NCBI GenBank assembly: GCA_963713975.1
Contig: OY970218.1
Location: 896,001 to 960,000, forward strand
Reading direction: 5' to 3'
Source of the DNA: an uncultured Chloroflexia bacterium
GTDB lineage: Bacteria; Chloroflexota; Limnocylindria; Limnocylindrales; CSP1-4
DNA length: 64,000 bases
Within the stretch, counting starts at the first letter, position 1. Each line of letters starts with the position of its first letter. The notes beneath the pieces were generated by a model, which was not told the DNA's origin, did no database searches, and saw nothing but the letters and a program-made list of their open reading frames with translations. The position numbers and the translations under genes are program-made. Shown here piece by piece: positions 51,634 through 60,694 of this stretch.

Positions 51634-52269
51634 CTAGCTGGATACGCTCGTCGGGTTGAACTGCATGACGGTCACGTCGTTCATCGTCAGCGTCGACACC
51701 ACCGGGGTCGACCCCTGGTACGTGTAGCTGATCGAGACGCCGATGGAGGCCGGCGTTCCACTGCCGACGGGCTTGTTCGATCGGAGGCATGCGCTCCAGT
51801 TGCCGGAGCTGCTCGGCCGGAAGTTGACCTGGGTACCGTCAGGAAGGGTGTACTTGGAGGCGGAGTAGACCCAGGTGTTGCCGGTCCCGGAGTCCGCGCC
51901 GGTCGAGGTCGCCAGGAAGATCCGGATCGTGCCGACGTGGTCGAGCGGGATCGGCGAACCGGAGGAGCTCAGGACGCGGTCCACGGCCTCGATGATGACC
52001 GGGTCCACGTTCGCGGCGTTGGGGGACTGGCCGGTGCTGCAGCCGAGCGTCCCGCCACCGTTCACCAGGTCCGCGCCGATTCGGGCGCCCTCGCGGGTCG
52101 CGTAGCCCAGCGTCAGGTGGTGGTTGAACGCGAGGCCGAACTCCAGCATGCCCAGAAGCAGGAGCATGAAGACCGGCACGACCAGCGCAAACTCGACCAG
52201 CCCCTGGCCGCGCGCACCTTCCGCCGGGCGGCCCTCCGGCATCGAACCGCGATGCCTCTGCCGGCTCAC
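51634..52269 (-). CDS. TadE-like minor pilin
   Basis: RGQGLVEFALVVP, ATREGAR; GTGA overlap. Confidence 0.85.
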   Translation of the reverse strand: MSRQRHRGSMPEGRPAEGARGQGLVEFALVVPVFMLLLLGMLEFGLAFNHHLTLGYATREGARIGADLVNGGGTLGCSTGQSPNAANVDPVIIEAVDRVLSSSGSPIPLDHVGTIRIFLATSTGADSGTGNTWVYSASKYTLPDGTQVNFRPSSSGNWSACLRSNKPVGSGTPASIGVSISYTYQGSTPVVSTLTMNDVTVMQFNPTSVSS

Positions 52270-52907
52270 AGGATCGGCTCCATGCGCATCTCGTTGGACC
52301 GGACGATGGTGTAGCCGCCCCCGCCCGAGCTGATGAAGTTGCGCAGCGGCGTATGCCATGTGTACCGGTAGGTGATCTGGACCCCGACGGCATCACGCGT
52401 CCGGTCGGCGTTGGTCGGGCAACCGTTCAGGAAGTCACACCGGCCGCCGACACCAGTCGAGAGGCTCGGGAGTCCCTCCGGGTAGTTGTTCGAGGTCCGG
52501 GAGAACGGCACGGCCGCCGACCCGCCGTAGGCGCTGCAGTTCGTCGTCGCGTTCGACGGGTTGCCGGCCGTGCCGGTGTGGGCATAGACATTGCCCGATC
52601 CGGAGTAGCTGCCGGTCCAAGGAGCGCCGGATGGCTTCGCCCGGTAGATGATGATCTCCTCGATCGCACCGCCGTCTACCGGCGGTCGCATGTCCTCGAG
52701 CACCTTGGCGATGATCACGCAATCGGCGCCCGTGCTGGACCCGGCCTCGGCGGCGATAAGCGAGGCATCCCGGGTAGCGTAGTTGGCGCTCAGCACGGCG
52801 TTGAAGACGAACGCGAACTCGATGATCGCGAGCAGCATCATGATGAAGATCGGGAAGACCAGCGCAAACTCGACCAGGGTCTGCCCCGAGTCGCGGTTTG
52901 GCCGCAT
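52266..52907 (-). CDS. TadE-like minor pilin
   Basis: SGQTLVEFALVFP, ATRDAS. Confidence 0.85.
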   Translation of the reverse strand: MRPNRDSGQTLVEFALVFPIFIMMLLAIIEFAFVFNAVLSANYATRDASLIAAEAGSSTGADCVIIAKVLEDMRPPVDGGAIEEIIIYRAKPSGAPWTGSYSGSGNVYAHTGTAGNPSNATTNCSAYGGSAAVPFSRTSNNYPEGLPSLSTGVGGRCDFLNGCPTNADRTRDAVGVQITYRYTWHTPLRNFISSGGGGYTIVRSNEMRMEPIL

Positions 52908-53082
52908 CGACAAACGGTGAATTGCCACTGACAGTCCCACGTGCATGGCGCGTGGATGCGCCTCCTCGCACCCTACGGGGCGCGCAGGGTCAATTCGCAT
53001 CCCCCAGAAGTCAGGGTGCGGGCGGTCAACCTGTCGTCTCACGGCATTCATGGTCCGTGCATTCGAGCAGCGGAACCTTTCG

Positions 53083-53425
53083 CCCGACATTGCATCCCAG
53101 CAGCAGGGAGTACCAGGCGGCGGAGACCCTCCGCCCGCATCACATCCCTCCGCCACCGCCAACCACACCGGACCGACGGGGCCGCGCAGTCGCCGGGCAC
53201 CCTGATGGTGCGAGTCCGCACCGGTGAGCAGCGCTGGCCGCTGGCATGGCCACCAGGGGTGACCGCCCCGGATTCCCGGCCGTGATTCCCTTCGGGTGCG
53301 ATACCCCCAGGCCCGTACGACGGGGGCAATGGGGATGGGAACAAGGCCTGGTCGCGCTGGGACCATCGCGCGGTGCGGGACGGCAACACCAGGACGATTT
53401 CCGCAAGGTGATCTGCAATGTCGGG
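53083..53425. repeat. perfect 12-bp inverted repeat pair in divergent Tad intergenic region
   Basis: CCCGACATTGCA 53083-53094 and TGCAATGTCGGG 53414-53425. Confidence 0.7.
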
Positions 53426-53494
53426 AGGCCTACATTCCCGTCCCCATGGCGCGTGGTCGCGCCGCCAGCGTCCCTCACATCCGGGGTATGGATC

Positions 53495-53938
53495 GTGCAC
53501 ATTCGTCGCCGGGGCAGGCCGACAGGCCAGCGGAAGACACGAGGCCAGTCACTCGTGGAGTTCGCCCTCATCATCCCGGTCTTCCTGATGCTGGTCGCCG
53601 GCATGGTCGATCTCGGGGTGGGGCTCATCTCGTACATGACGATCATCAACGCAGCCCGTGACGGGGCTCGCGTTGGGGCGACCGCGTGCGCGGAAACCGC
53701 CCCTCCGTGCTCCTCCGTCGTCACCACTCGGGTCAATGCGGCGGCCGGTGGCGTGCCGGTCAGCAGCGTGCTGGTCTGCACGTCGCCGGCCGGCGCGACG
53801 ACCACGTGCAATGCGGGGGGGGCCAAGGACGGGGGCAGCGTCACGGTCAGGGTGTCCACCACCTACCACATGATCTGGCCGCTGGCATTTGGGGCGACGA
53901 TCCCGATGACCGCGTCCGCCAAGTTCCTGGTGCCGTAG
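53495..53938 (+). CDS. TadE-like minor pilin
   Basis: RGQSLVEFALIIP, NAARDGAR. Confidence 0.85.
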   Translation: MHIRRRGRPTGQRKTRGQSLVEFALIIPVFLMLVAGMVDLGVGLISYMTIINAARDGARVGATACAETAPPCSSVVTTRVNAAAGGVPVSSVLVCTSPAGATTTCNAGGAKDGGSVTVRVSTTYHMIWPLAFGATIPMTASAKFLVP

Positions 53939-54029
53939 GGATGCGCTCGATGTCAATTCAGGACGACCGCCCGTTCGCCACGTACCGGGCCGGCAGGCCG
54001 TCGCGTAACGAGCCGATCGTGAGGGAGAC

Positions 54030-54503
54030 ATGTTGAGGCTCCACCGACGGCGATCGTCGTCGCACGCACGCGCTTCGCGGGGCCAGTCCCTGGTGGAGTT
54101 CGCCCTCGTCTTCCCCCTGTTCATCCTGCTGCTCGCGGCGATGGTCGATTTTGGGGTAGGGCTGTACGGCTACATGACGGTCACCAACGCGGTGCGGGAT
54201 GGGGCGCGCCTGGGGGCGACCGCGTGCACCGCGCTTTCGTGCACCAATGCGGTCAAGGCTCGCGTCACGGCCGCGTCCAACGGACTGGTGCAGCCGGGGG
54301 ACGTGTCCGTCAGTTGCACGACCGCGGCGGGCGGGCCGATCGCGTGCACCAGGAGCACGACGGTTCCCCCGGACCCCCAGAACGGCGCGATCAACGGCGA
54401 CAGTGTCACCGTCACGGCGTCGTACACGTATCACCTGATCTGGCCGCTGGCGTTCGGGACACAGATCCCGCTGACCTCGGCCGCAACGTTCATGGCCGAG
54501 TAG
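54030..54503 (+). CDS. TadE-like minor pilin (paralog of the preceding gene)
   Basis: RGQSLVEFALVFP, NAVRDGAR; shared YH.IWPLAFG..IP.T C-terminus. Confidence 0.87.
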   Translation: MLRLHRRRSSSHARASRGQSLVEFALVFPLFILLLAAMVDFGVGLYGYMTVTNAVRDGARLGATACTALSCTNAVKARVTAASNGLVQPGDVSVSCTTAAGGPIACTRSTTVPPDPQNGAINGDSVTVTASYTYHLIWPLAFGTQIPLTSAATFMAE

Positions 54504-54513
54504 AAGGGCTCAA

Positions 54514-56844
54514 GTGATGTTGAACGCACCCCGCGAACTCCTGACGGCCGCGCGTGCCCGACACCGATCGGACGGTGAACGGGGCCAGATCCTGGTCCTG
54601 TTCACCCTCGTGATCGTCATCCTCATGGTCTCCGCGGCCATCGTCATCGACGTCGGACTCCTTCGCACGGACACCGCGCGGCTGCAGAATGCCCTGGACG
54701 CCGGGGCGCTCGCGGCAGCGGATTCCCTTCCGGCGACCAGTGGGAACATCGCCGCGGTCGAGAGCACGGCCAGGGGCTACGTGCAGGCCAACTACGCCGG
54801 AGTCGCCGCGCCCGACACCTCGTTCCGCTGCATCATCGGTGCCGACCCGTCCGGAGCGCCGCGTCTCATCGACATGCCGGCCGTGTGCAACGTGGCCCAG
54901 GCATCGACGTGGACCTGCACCGCAAATGTGTGCTGGGCACCATGCGATCCCCGGGCACATTCGACGGATGTCTGCAACACCGTTGTCCTAAAGGATTCCG
55001 CGGTACGGCCGTACACCTTCGGCCGGGTGGTCGGCGTCAACAGCGGTAGCACCGGCACGCTGCAATCCGCCGCGTGCACGGGTGCCTGCGGACCAACGTC
55101 GCCACTTGACGCCGTGCTGACCATCGACCGGACCGGATCGATGAGAACCCGCGAGCAGCTCCTCGCCGACGGCGCTCGCGCGGTGCTTGAGGCGTGGGAC
55201 CCCGACATCCAGCATGTCGCGCTCGGCATGATCGGCCCCAGCTCTCAGTTGACAGCCTGTTCCACGGGTGCCTACGGCAGGATCCTGGAGAACGGCACGC
55301 TGACGTCACCGCCGATCGCCAGTGTCCAGTCGGCTGCCAACGCCAACGGCGGGGCCGCGAGCCTGGTGATCAACAGGCCGACGTCGACGTCAGCGGACGA
55401 CCTTCTCGTTGCCGGGATCACGGTCGATGGTGGCTCCGGAACCTCGGTCACCGCGCCGGCGGGCTGGACCCAGATCCGCAGGACCGACAACGGCACCAAC
55501 GTGACCGTGGTCTCGTTCTGGAAGCTGGCCGGCGCCTCTGAACCCAACAGCTACTCGTTCACGCTGTCACCGAACGCCCGAGCCGTGGGCGGCATCCTGC
55601 GTGTCACGGGCGTCGACACCGCGGACCCGATCGACCTGTCGGGCGGCAACACCGGGAACTCGAGGGATGTGCAGGCCCCGAGCATCACCACGACCAGCAA
55701 TCGCACCACGCTGATCGGGTTCTTCGGGACCGACACGCGCACGAGCTTCAATGACGCCGCCAGCATGACCGAACAGTTCGACCGACAGCATGGCAACAGC
55801 GCCGGCCCGACCCTGGCGGGCGATTCCGACCCGGCAGCCAGCACGGGTGCCACCACGAGCCGGATAGCCCGCGCCGGAGCCAGCGCCCAGTGGGCGGCCC
55901 AGATGATCGCGATCCGACCGGAGCCCGTGGAGAGCTACCCCGTCGGCTACCCCACGACGACCCCCGCCTACACCGACACTTTCCTGCGCGACAACATGTC
56001 CAAGTGGATCCCGGTCGGCCTGACCGGCACGTCGCACGCGGAGGTGATCGAGTCCTACAAGAACGCCGACGGCACCTACCGGGCCTCAAGCATGATCGCG
56101 AAGGCAATCGGCTGCGTTCTCCCCCCCAACGACCTGTACAACGGCACGGACCAGGCATCACCGTTCGACTTCGCGCGGCGGTACCTCCTGGACCACGGCC
56201 GGGCCGGCGTCCCGACCGGCATCATCTTCGAGACTGACGGCACCCCGCAGTTGCAGAACTACACCTGCCAGCAAGCCCAGACCGCAGCCAGCGCCGCCAA
56301 GGCGAGCGGCATCGAGGTCTATGTCATCGGGTTCTTCGCCTCGAACTCGCCGGGGACACGCTGTCCGGACAGCTCCGGAACCTGGCGCAACAGGACGATC
56401 GTCCAGTCCCTGGCAGCGATGGCGACCAACTCCTCCACGACCAGCAGCTCGAGCTGTGACGCCAACGAGAACACCGACGGCGATCACTTCTTCTGCACGC
56501 CGGATCCGGGCAGCCTCGCCGACGTGTTCCGTGCTGCGGCGGTCGCCCTGTCGGGAGGGAGTCGCCTGGTCCAGCTGTACCCGCAGCCGATCGTGACGTC
56601 CGTGTCGGGATCGAGCGGCAGCGCCGGTGGTGGAAGCGTCACGATCAGTGGCAAATACTTCACCGAGGCCTACTCGGTCACGTTCGGCGGGACGCCCGCC
56701 AGGTCGTTCACGGTGACCAGCGACACGTCCATTCACGCGATCGCGCCGCCGCACCCCAGCGGGACGGTTGACATCCAGGTGTCCACACCGGGAGGCTCGT
56801 CGAACATCACCAGCGCAGACCACTTCACGTACGGCGGGCCGTGA
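54514..56844 (+). CDS. TadG-like adhesin with interrupted vWA domain and C-terminal IPT/TIG domain
   Basis: RGQILVLF, LQNALDAGALA; IDRTGSM ... IIFETDG ... GIEVYVIGF; P.VTSVS..GG..VTISG..F...VTFGG...VSTPGG. Confidence 0.85.
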   Translation: MMLNAPRELLTAARARHRSDGERGQILVLFTLVIVILMVSAAIVIDVGLLRTDTARLQNALDAGALAAADSLPATSGNIAAVESTARGYVQANYAGVAAPDTSFRCIIGADPSGAPRLIDMPAVCNVAQASTWTCTANVCWAPCDPRAHSTDVCNTVVLKDSAVRPYTFGRVVGVNSGSTGTLQSAACTGACGPTSPLDAVLTIDRTGSMRTREQLLADGARAVLEAWDPDIQHVALGMIGPSSQLTACSTGAYGRILENGTLTSPPIASVQSAANANGGAASLVINRPTSTSADDLLVAGITVDGGSGTSVTAPAGWTQIRRTDNGTNVTVVSFWKLAGASEPNSYSFTLSPNARAVGGILRVTGVDTADPIDLSGGNTGNSRDVQAPSITTTSNRTTLIGFFGTDTRTSFNDAASMTEQFDRQHGNSAGPTLAGDSDPAASTGATTSRIARAGASAQWAAQMIAIRPEPVESYPVGYPTTTPAYTDTFLRDNMSKWIPVGLTGTSHAEVIESYKNADGTYRASSMIAKAIGCVLPPNDLYNGTDQASPFDFARRYLLDHGRAGVPTGIIFETDGTPQLQNYTCQQAQTAASAAKASGIEVYVIGFFASNSPGTRCPDSSGTWRNRTIVQSLAAMATNSSTTSSSSCDANENTDGDHFFCTPDPGSLADVFRAAAVALSGGSRLVQLYPQPIVTSVSGSSGSAGGGSVTISGKYFTEAYSVTFGGTPARSFTVTSDTSIHAIAPPHPSGTVDIQVSTPGGSSNITSADHFTYGGP

Positions 56845-56874
56845 TGAACGCCTGAGGCGATTCTTGGGGACCTC

Positions 56875-56902
56875 GAACGGGGCGGCGCGAGCCGCCCCGT
56901 TC
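56875..56902. terminator. hairpin between convergent genes (probable terminator)
   Basis: GAACGGGGCGGC-GCGA-GCCGCCCCGTTC, perfect 12-bp stem with GNRA loop; no U-tract. Confidence 0.6.
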
Positions 56903-56958
56903 GGATTCGGCAGGGGTCCCTGGGCTTCGTTCGCTGCCCCGCCGCCCGCGTTCGATCC

Positions 56959-58341
56959 CTAGTTGCGATCCCCCAGCGGCGCCCGGTCCGGGGCCAGCCG
57001 CGGCGGCGGCGCTCCACCCGCGAATCCGCGGGGGGCGTCCCCGCCCGGAGACCCGCCGTCCGGATCGCGCACCTCGCCGGAGCCCGCCCAGCGGTCGCTG
57101 ACCGGCCAGACCAGCCACACGCCGATGAGCATCGTCACGAGAAGGCTCAGGACGGCCACCTGGTAGGCGCCGTTGCCGATGGTCTCGACCAGCAGGAAGA
57201 TGGTTGCGCCGTACAGGAGCTGGCCGATGACCTGCGACCCCTTCCCGACCAGCCCGTACAGCCCGAAGAACTGACCGATCTTGGCGGGCGGTGACAGGCG
57301 GACCATCAGGACGCGATCGGCGACCTGGACGCCGCCGAGACCGCTGCCGAGGATCGCCCCGGCGATGAGGAACGGCACCAGCCCTGCCTCGCCAAACCCG
57401 ATCGCGACACCCCCCAGCAGAAGACCGAAGGCCCACGAGACGAGGACCCAGATGAGCGTCCGCTTCGGGCCCTGCCGGTCGGCGAGCCAGCCCCACACGA
57501 AGCTCATGAGGATGGCCACGAAGGTCAGCATCAGCAGGACCATGTTGGCGGTCGCCTCGCTGAGGCCCATCGTCTTCACCACCACGACGCTCATGACGAC
57601 GATGACGGTGTTGACCGCGTCCGAGTAGAAGAAGCGCCCGATCAGGAAGCGCCACAGCCCCGGCACCTCGCGGGCATCGGCGATCGAGCGCCTGAGCTGG
57701 CCGAAGGAGTGGACCACGTCGGAGCGGGTCAGCGGCTGCTCGTCGGGCCGGTGCGGCTCGCGCACGAACCAGAAGATGGGGATCGCGAACGCGAGGAACA
57801 GGATGGCGGTCAACCGGAACCGGTCCGCAACGGGGATGTCGAGGAGGAAGATGAGCAGCCCCACGAAGACCGTCCCGCAATAGCCGATCCCCGTCCCGAT
57901 GCCCGACAGGCGACCCCGCGTCTCCGGGGTGCTCACGGTCTTGAGCGTCGCGTCGTAGTAGATGAGGGCCGCCTGGTAGGCGAAGTTGGCGACGATGAAC
58001 AGGGCGACGCCGACGATCGGCGGGACGTCCGCGATGAAAAACGTGCCCCCGATGCACAGGGCGGTGAAGAACAGCAGGAACGGCATCCGGCGCCCGCCCC
58101 GGTCCGAGAAGGCTCCGAGGATGGGCGACACCAAGGCGTTGATCCCGACGCTGATAACGATCGCGATCGAGAGGACCAGGTTGCCGTCACGCTCGCCGAA
58201 CTGGTTGTCGTTGACGAGGTACAGCCCGATCGCCCCGGACACCACCGCGAACGAGAAGATGGTGTTGGCAAAGTCGTACAGCGTCCATGCGCCCTGGGCG
58301 AGCGGCCGGAGATTGGGGTCGGTCCTCGGGATCGCTGTCAT
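56959..58341 (-). CDS. MFS transporter (UMF1/Atg22-like)
   Basis: WTLYDFAN..F, LGAFSDRGGRR, GRLSGIG, GWLADRQG.K, FFGLY. Confidence 0.87.
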   Translation of the reverse strand: MTAIPRTDPNLRPLAQGAWTLYDFANTIFSFAVVSGAIGLYLVNDNQFGERDGNLVLSIAIVISVGINALVSPILGAFSDRGGRRMPFLLFFTALCIGGTFFIADVPPIVGVALFIVANFAYQAALIYYDATLKTVSTPETRGRLSGIGTGIGYCGTVFVGLLIFLLDIPVADRFRLTAILFLAFAIPIFWFVREPHRPDEQPLTRSDVVHSFGQLRRSIADAREVPGLWRFLIGRFFYSDAVNTVIVVMSVVVVKTMGLSEATANMVLLMLTFVAILMSFVWGWLADRQGPKRTLIWVLVSWAFGLLLGGVAIGFGEAGLVPFLIAGAILGSGLGGVQVADRVLMVRLSPPAKIGQFFGLYGLVGKGSQVIGQLLYGATIFLLVETIGNGAYQVAVLSLLVTMLIGVWLVWPVSDRWAGSGEVRDPDGGSPGGDAPRGFAGGAPPPRLAPDRAPLGDRN

Positions 58342-58513
58342 CAGCGCTGCCTCACTGCTTGGCCCCGGCGTGCTGGTCCGCCCGCACTGCGCGGGATCAT
58401 AGGCGCTGGAGCGGGCGGGGATCGGGGCGTTCCGGCGCGCCGGCGGGGCGCCGGCGGGGCGCCGGCGCCGCCGCCGTGCGCCCGGGCCGGGTGGGCGCGG
58501 TAGGATCGGCGCC

Positions 58514-59260
58514 ATGGACGATGAGCAGGCGGTGCTGGACCTCGCGATCGCCTGGCGGCCGCAACGCCCGGGCACGCGCGCGGTGAAGGACATCACGGAC
58601 GCCCTGGTGGAGCCCGAGTGGGGCGGCCTGCGGGTCGTCGCTGCCCTGACCGAGCACCGCGCCGTCCTCGTCCATGACGGTGCGGAGGTTCCGGTCCCGG
58701 ACGAGCTGCCGGCCGAGCTGGTCGCAGCATTCAGCGCGGTGGACGCCCTGGTCGAGGGCTACCTGACCACGGCGGCTCTCCAGAGTGGCGAGGGCGCGGC
58801 GCCCGCCCAGCAGAGGGTGGAGCGCCCGCCCTTCCTGATCCCGCGGGCCGTCCGCAAGAGCGTCAAGGACGACCCCTATGTCCGCGCGAGAGACTACGAG
58901 GCGCACGCCCAGAAGTTCGCGCCCGTGGTCCTCGAATTGCTCGAGCGCGGAGAGCGCCACGCGTTCGTCGCCAGCGATTTGCTGTGGCTCGACGGCCTGC
59001 CGCTGGACGACGTCCCGCTGCTGGAGCGCAAGCGGCTCCTCGACGGCGTCCTCGAGCCATCCTTCCTGGTGCGCGTTACGCCGCAGATCAAGCCGACGGC
59101 AATCCTCACCCTGGTGACGTGGGGGACGCTGGGCTTCGGGGAGCTCCACTACCGGGCGGCCAACAGCCGCTATCGCGCCGGGCTCGAGAACCCCGACTGG
59201 GCCGTCGGCCGGCCACCGGAGGGGCCGATGGGGCCACCGAGGGCGCCCATCAAGCGGTAA
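58514..59260 (+). CDS. ATP-dependent DNA ligase adenylation-domain homolog, degenerate
   Basis: VEPEWGGLR, FVASDLLWLDG..L..VPLLERKRLL, SRYRAG...W; no KxDG, no OB domain. Confidence 0.72.
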   Translation: MDDEQAVLDLAIAWRPQRPGTRAVKDITDALVEPEWGGLRVVAALTEHRAVLVHDGAEVPVPDELPAELVAAFSAVDALVEGYLTTAALQSGEGAAPAQQRVERPPFLIPRAVRKSVKDDPYVRARDYEAHAQKFAPVVLELLERGERHAFVASDLLWLDGLPLDDVPLLERKRLLDGVLEPSFLVRVTPQIKPTAILTLVTWGTLGFGELHYRAANSRYRAGLENPDWAVGRPPEGPMGPPRAPIKR

Positions 59261-59293
59261 CCGTTGCCGAGCTCGGGATGGTAGGGTGACTGG

Positions 59294-60694
59294 GTGCCCG
59301 AGACGACCCTCACGCCCGCCATCCGGGAGGAGATCGCCCGCCTCGGCAAGGCCGACATCATGGTGGGCATCCCCAGCTTCAAGAACGCCGCCACCATCGG
59401 CTACGTGGTGCGTGCGGCGCATGCCGGGCTGGTCCAGTACTTCCCGGACCTCAAGCCGGTGCTCGTGAACTCCGACGCCGGGTCCCCGGACGGCACCCAG
59501 CGCGTGGTCGTGGAGACCGAGCCCCCGGACTACGTCGAGTCCATCCTGCTCACCCGGCCCACGAACCGGCTCGACCGCGTCACGCTCACCTACCCGGAGA
59601 TCGACGGCATCGGCGGCAAGGGTGCGGCCCTGCGGACCATCTTCGAGATCGCGGCGGCGCTGGACGTGCAGGCATTGGTGGTGGTGGACAGCGACCTGCG
59701 CAGCATCGTGCCAGAGTGGATCGAGCTGCTCGCCGGGCCCATCCTCAAGGGCGGGTACGACTACGTGGCGCCCCTGTACGCGCGCTACAAGTACGACGGC
59801 ACCATCACCAACACGGTCACCTACCCACTGACCCGGGCCCTATATGGCCACCGCATCCGCCAGCCCATCGGCGGCGACTTCGGCGTGAGCGGGGACCTCG
59901 TCCGGCACTACCTCGAGCTGGACGACTGGACCGACGACATCAGCAAGTTCGGCATCGACATCTGGATGACGACGTCGGCGCTCACCGGCGGCTTCGCCGT
60001 CTGCCAGACCCGCCTGGGCGCCAAGGTCCACGACCCCAAGGATCCAGGATCCGATCTCGGACCCATGTTCCGACAGGTCGTGGGCACGATCCTGCGCCTG
60101 GCCGCGACGCACCCCGATGCCTGGCTCAACGTGCGCGGCTCGCATGACGTCCCGGCCTATGGCTTCGAGCGGATCATCGACCCGCCGCCGCTCGAGGTGA
60201 ATGCGATCCGCCTCCTTACCGAGTTCCATGCGGGCTTGCTGACGCTCGCGGACACGTGGCGGCGGATGCTGGATCCGGGCAACGCGGAGACCGTTCTTGC
60301 GCTCGCGGCCGAGGCGGGCACGCTGGCCGAATCGGTGGCCCGGCGACTCGGCATGGGCGGCGAGGGCGACACGGTGCGGGTGAGCACGGTGGACATGGCC
60401 GAGGCCCTGGCGGCCTTCCACTTCCCCGACGAGCTGTGGGCCCGCGTCATCTACGACCTCGTGCTGGCGACGCGGCGCGGCGACATGGAGACCGGGACGA
60501 TGGTCGCGTCCCTGGTGCCGATCTACTTCGGGCGCGTCGGCAGCTTCGTGATCGAGAACCGCCACCTGACGACCGCCGACGCGGAGGAGCGCGTGGAACG
60601 TCAGGCGCGGCAGTTCGAGCTGCTCAAGCCGTACCTCGCCGAGCGCTGGCTGGCGATGGACGCCGCCGAGACGGGCCGGGGAGACGGCGTATGA
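59294..60694 (+). CDS. GT-A glycosyltransferase, glucosylglycerate/mannosylglycerate synthase-like
   Basis: VGIPSF, SD.GS.DGT, GKG.A, DSDLRSI.PEW, P.Y.R.KYDGTITN, IRQPIGGDF, FGIDIWMTT, K.HD.KD. Confidence 0.78.
   Translation: MPETTLTPAIREEIARLGKADIMVGIPSFKNAATIGYVVRAAHAGLVQYFPDLKPVLVNSDAGSPDGTQRVVVETEPPDYVESILLTRPTNRLDRVTLTYPEIDGIGGKGAALRTIFEIAAALDVQALVVVDSDLRSIVPEWIELLAGPILKGGYDYVAPLYARYKYDGTITNTVTYPLTRALYGHRIRQPIGGDFGVSGDLVRHYLELDDWTDDISKFGIDIWMTTSALTGGFAVCQTRLGAKVHDPKDPGSDLGPMFRQVVGTILRLAATHPDAWLNVRGSHDVPAYGFERIIDPPPLEVNAIRLLTEFHAGLLTLADTWRRMLDPGNAETVLALAAEAGTLAESVARRLGMGGEGDTVRVSTVDMAEALAAFHFPDELWARVIYDLVLATRRGDMETGTMVASLVPIYFGRVGSFVIENRHLTTADAEERVERQARQFELLKPYLAERWLAMDAAETGRGDGV

Noticed and set aside
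52908-53494. c-di-GMP riboswitch upstream of tad genes
   Set aside because: Could not find the GEMM consensus by eye on either strand; an Infernal/Rfam scan would be needed
54004-54010. CGTAACG upstream of tadE 54030 as a member of the SARP motif set
   Set aside because: Single copy with no 11-bp partner, and wrong spacing to the start codon
58436-58470. GCCGGCGGGGC short tandem repeat in a divergent promoter
   Set aside because: Only about 2.5 copies of pure GC; expected by chance at this composition
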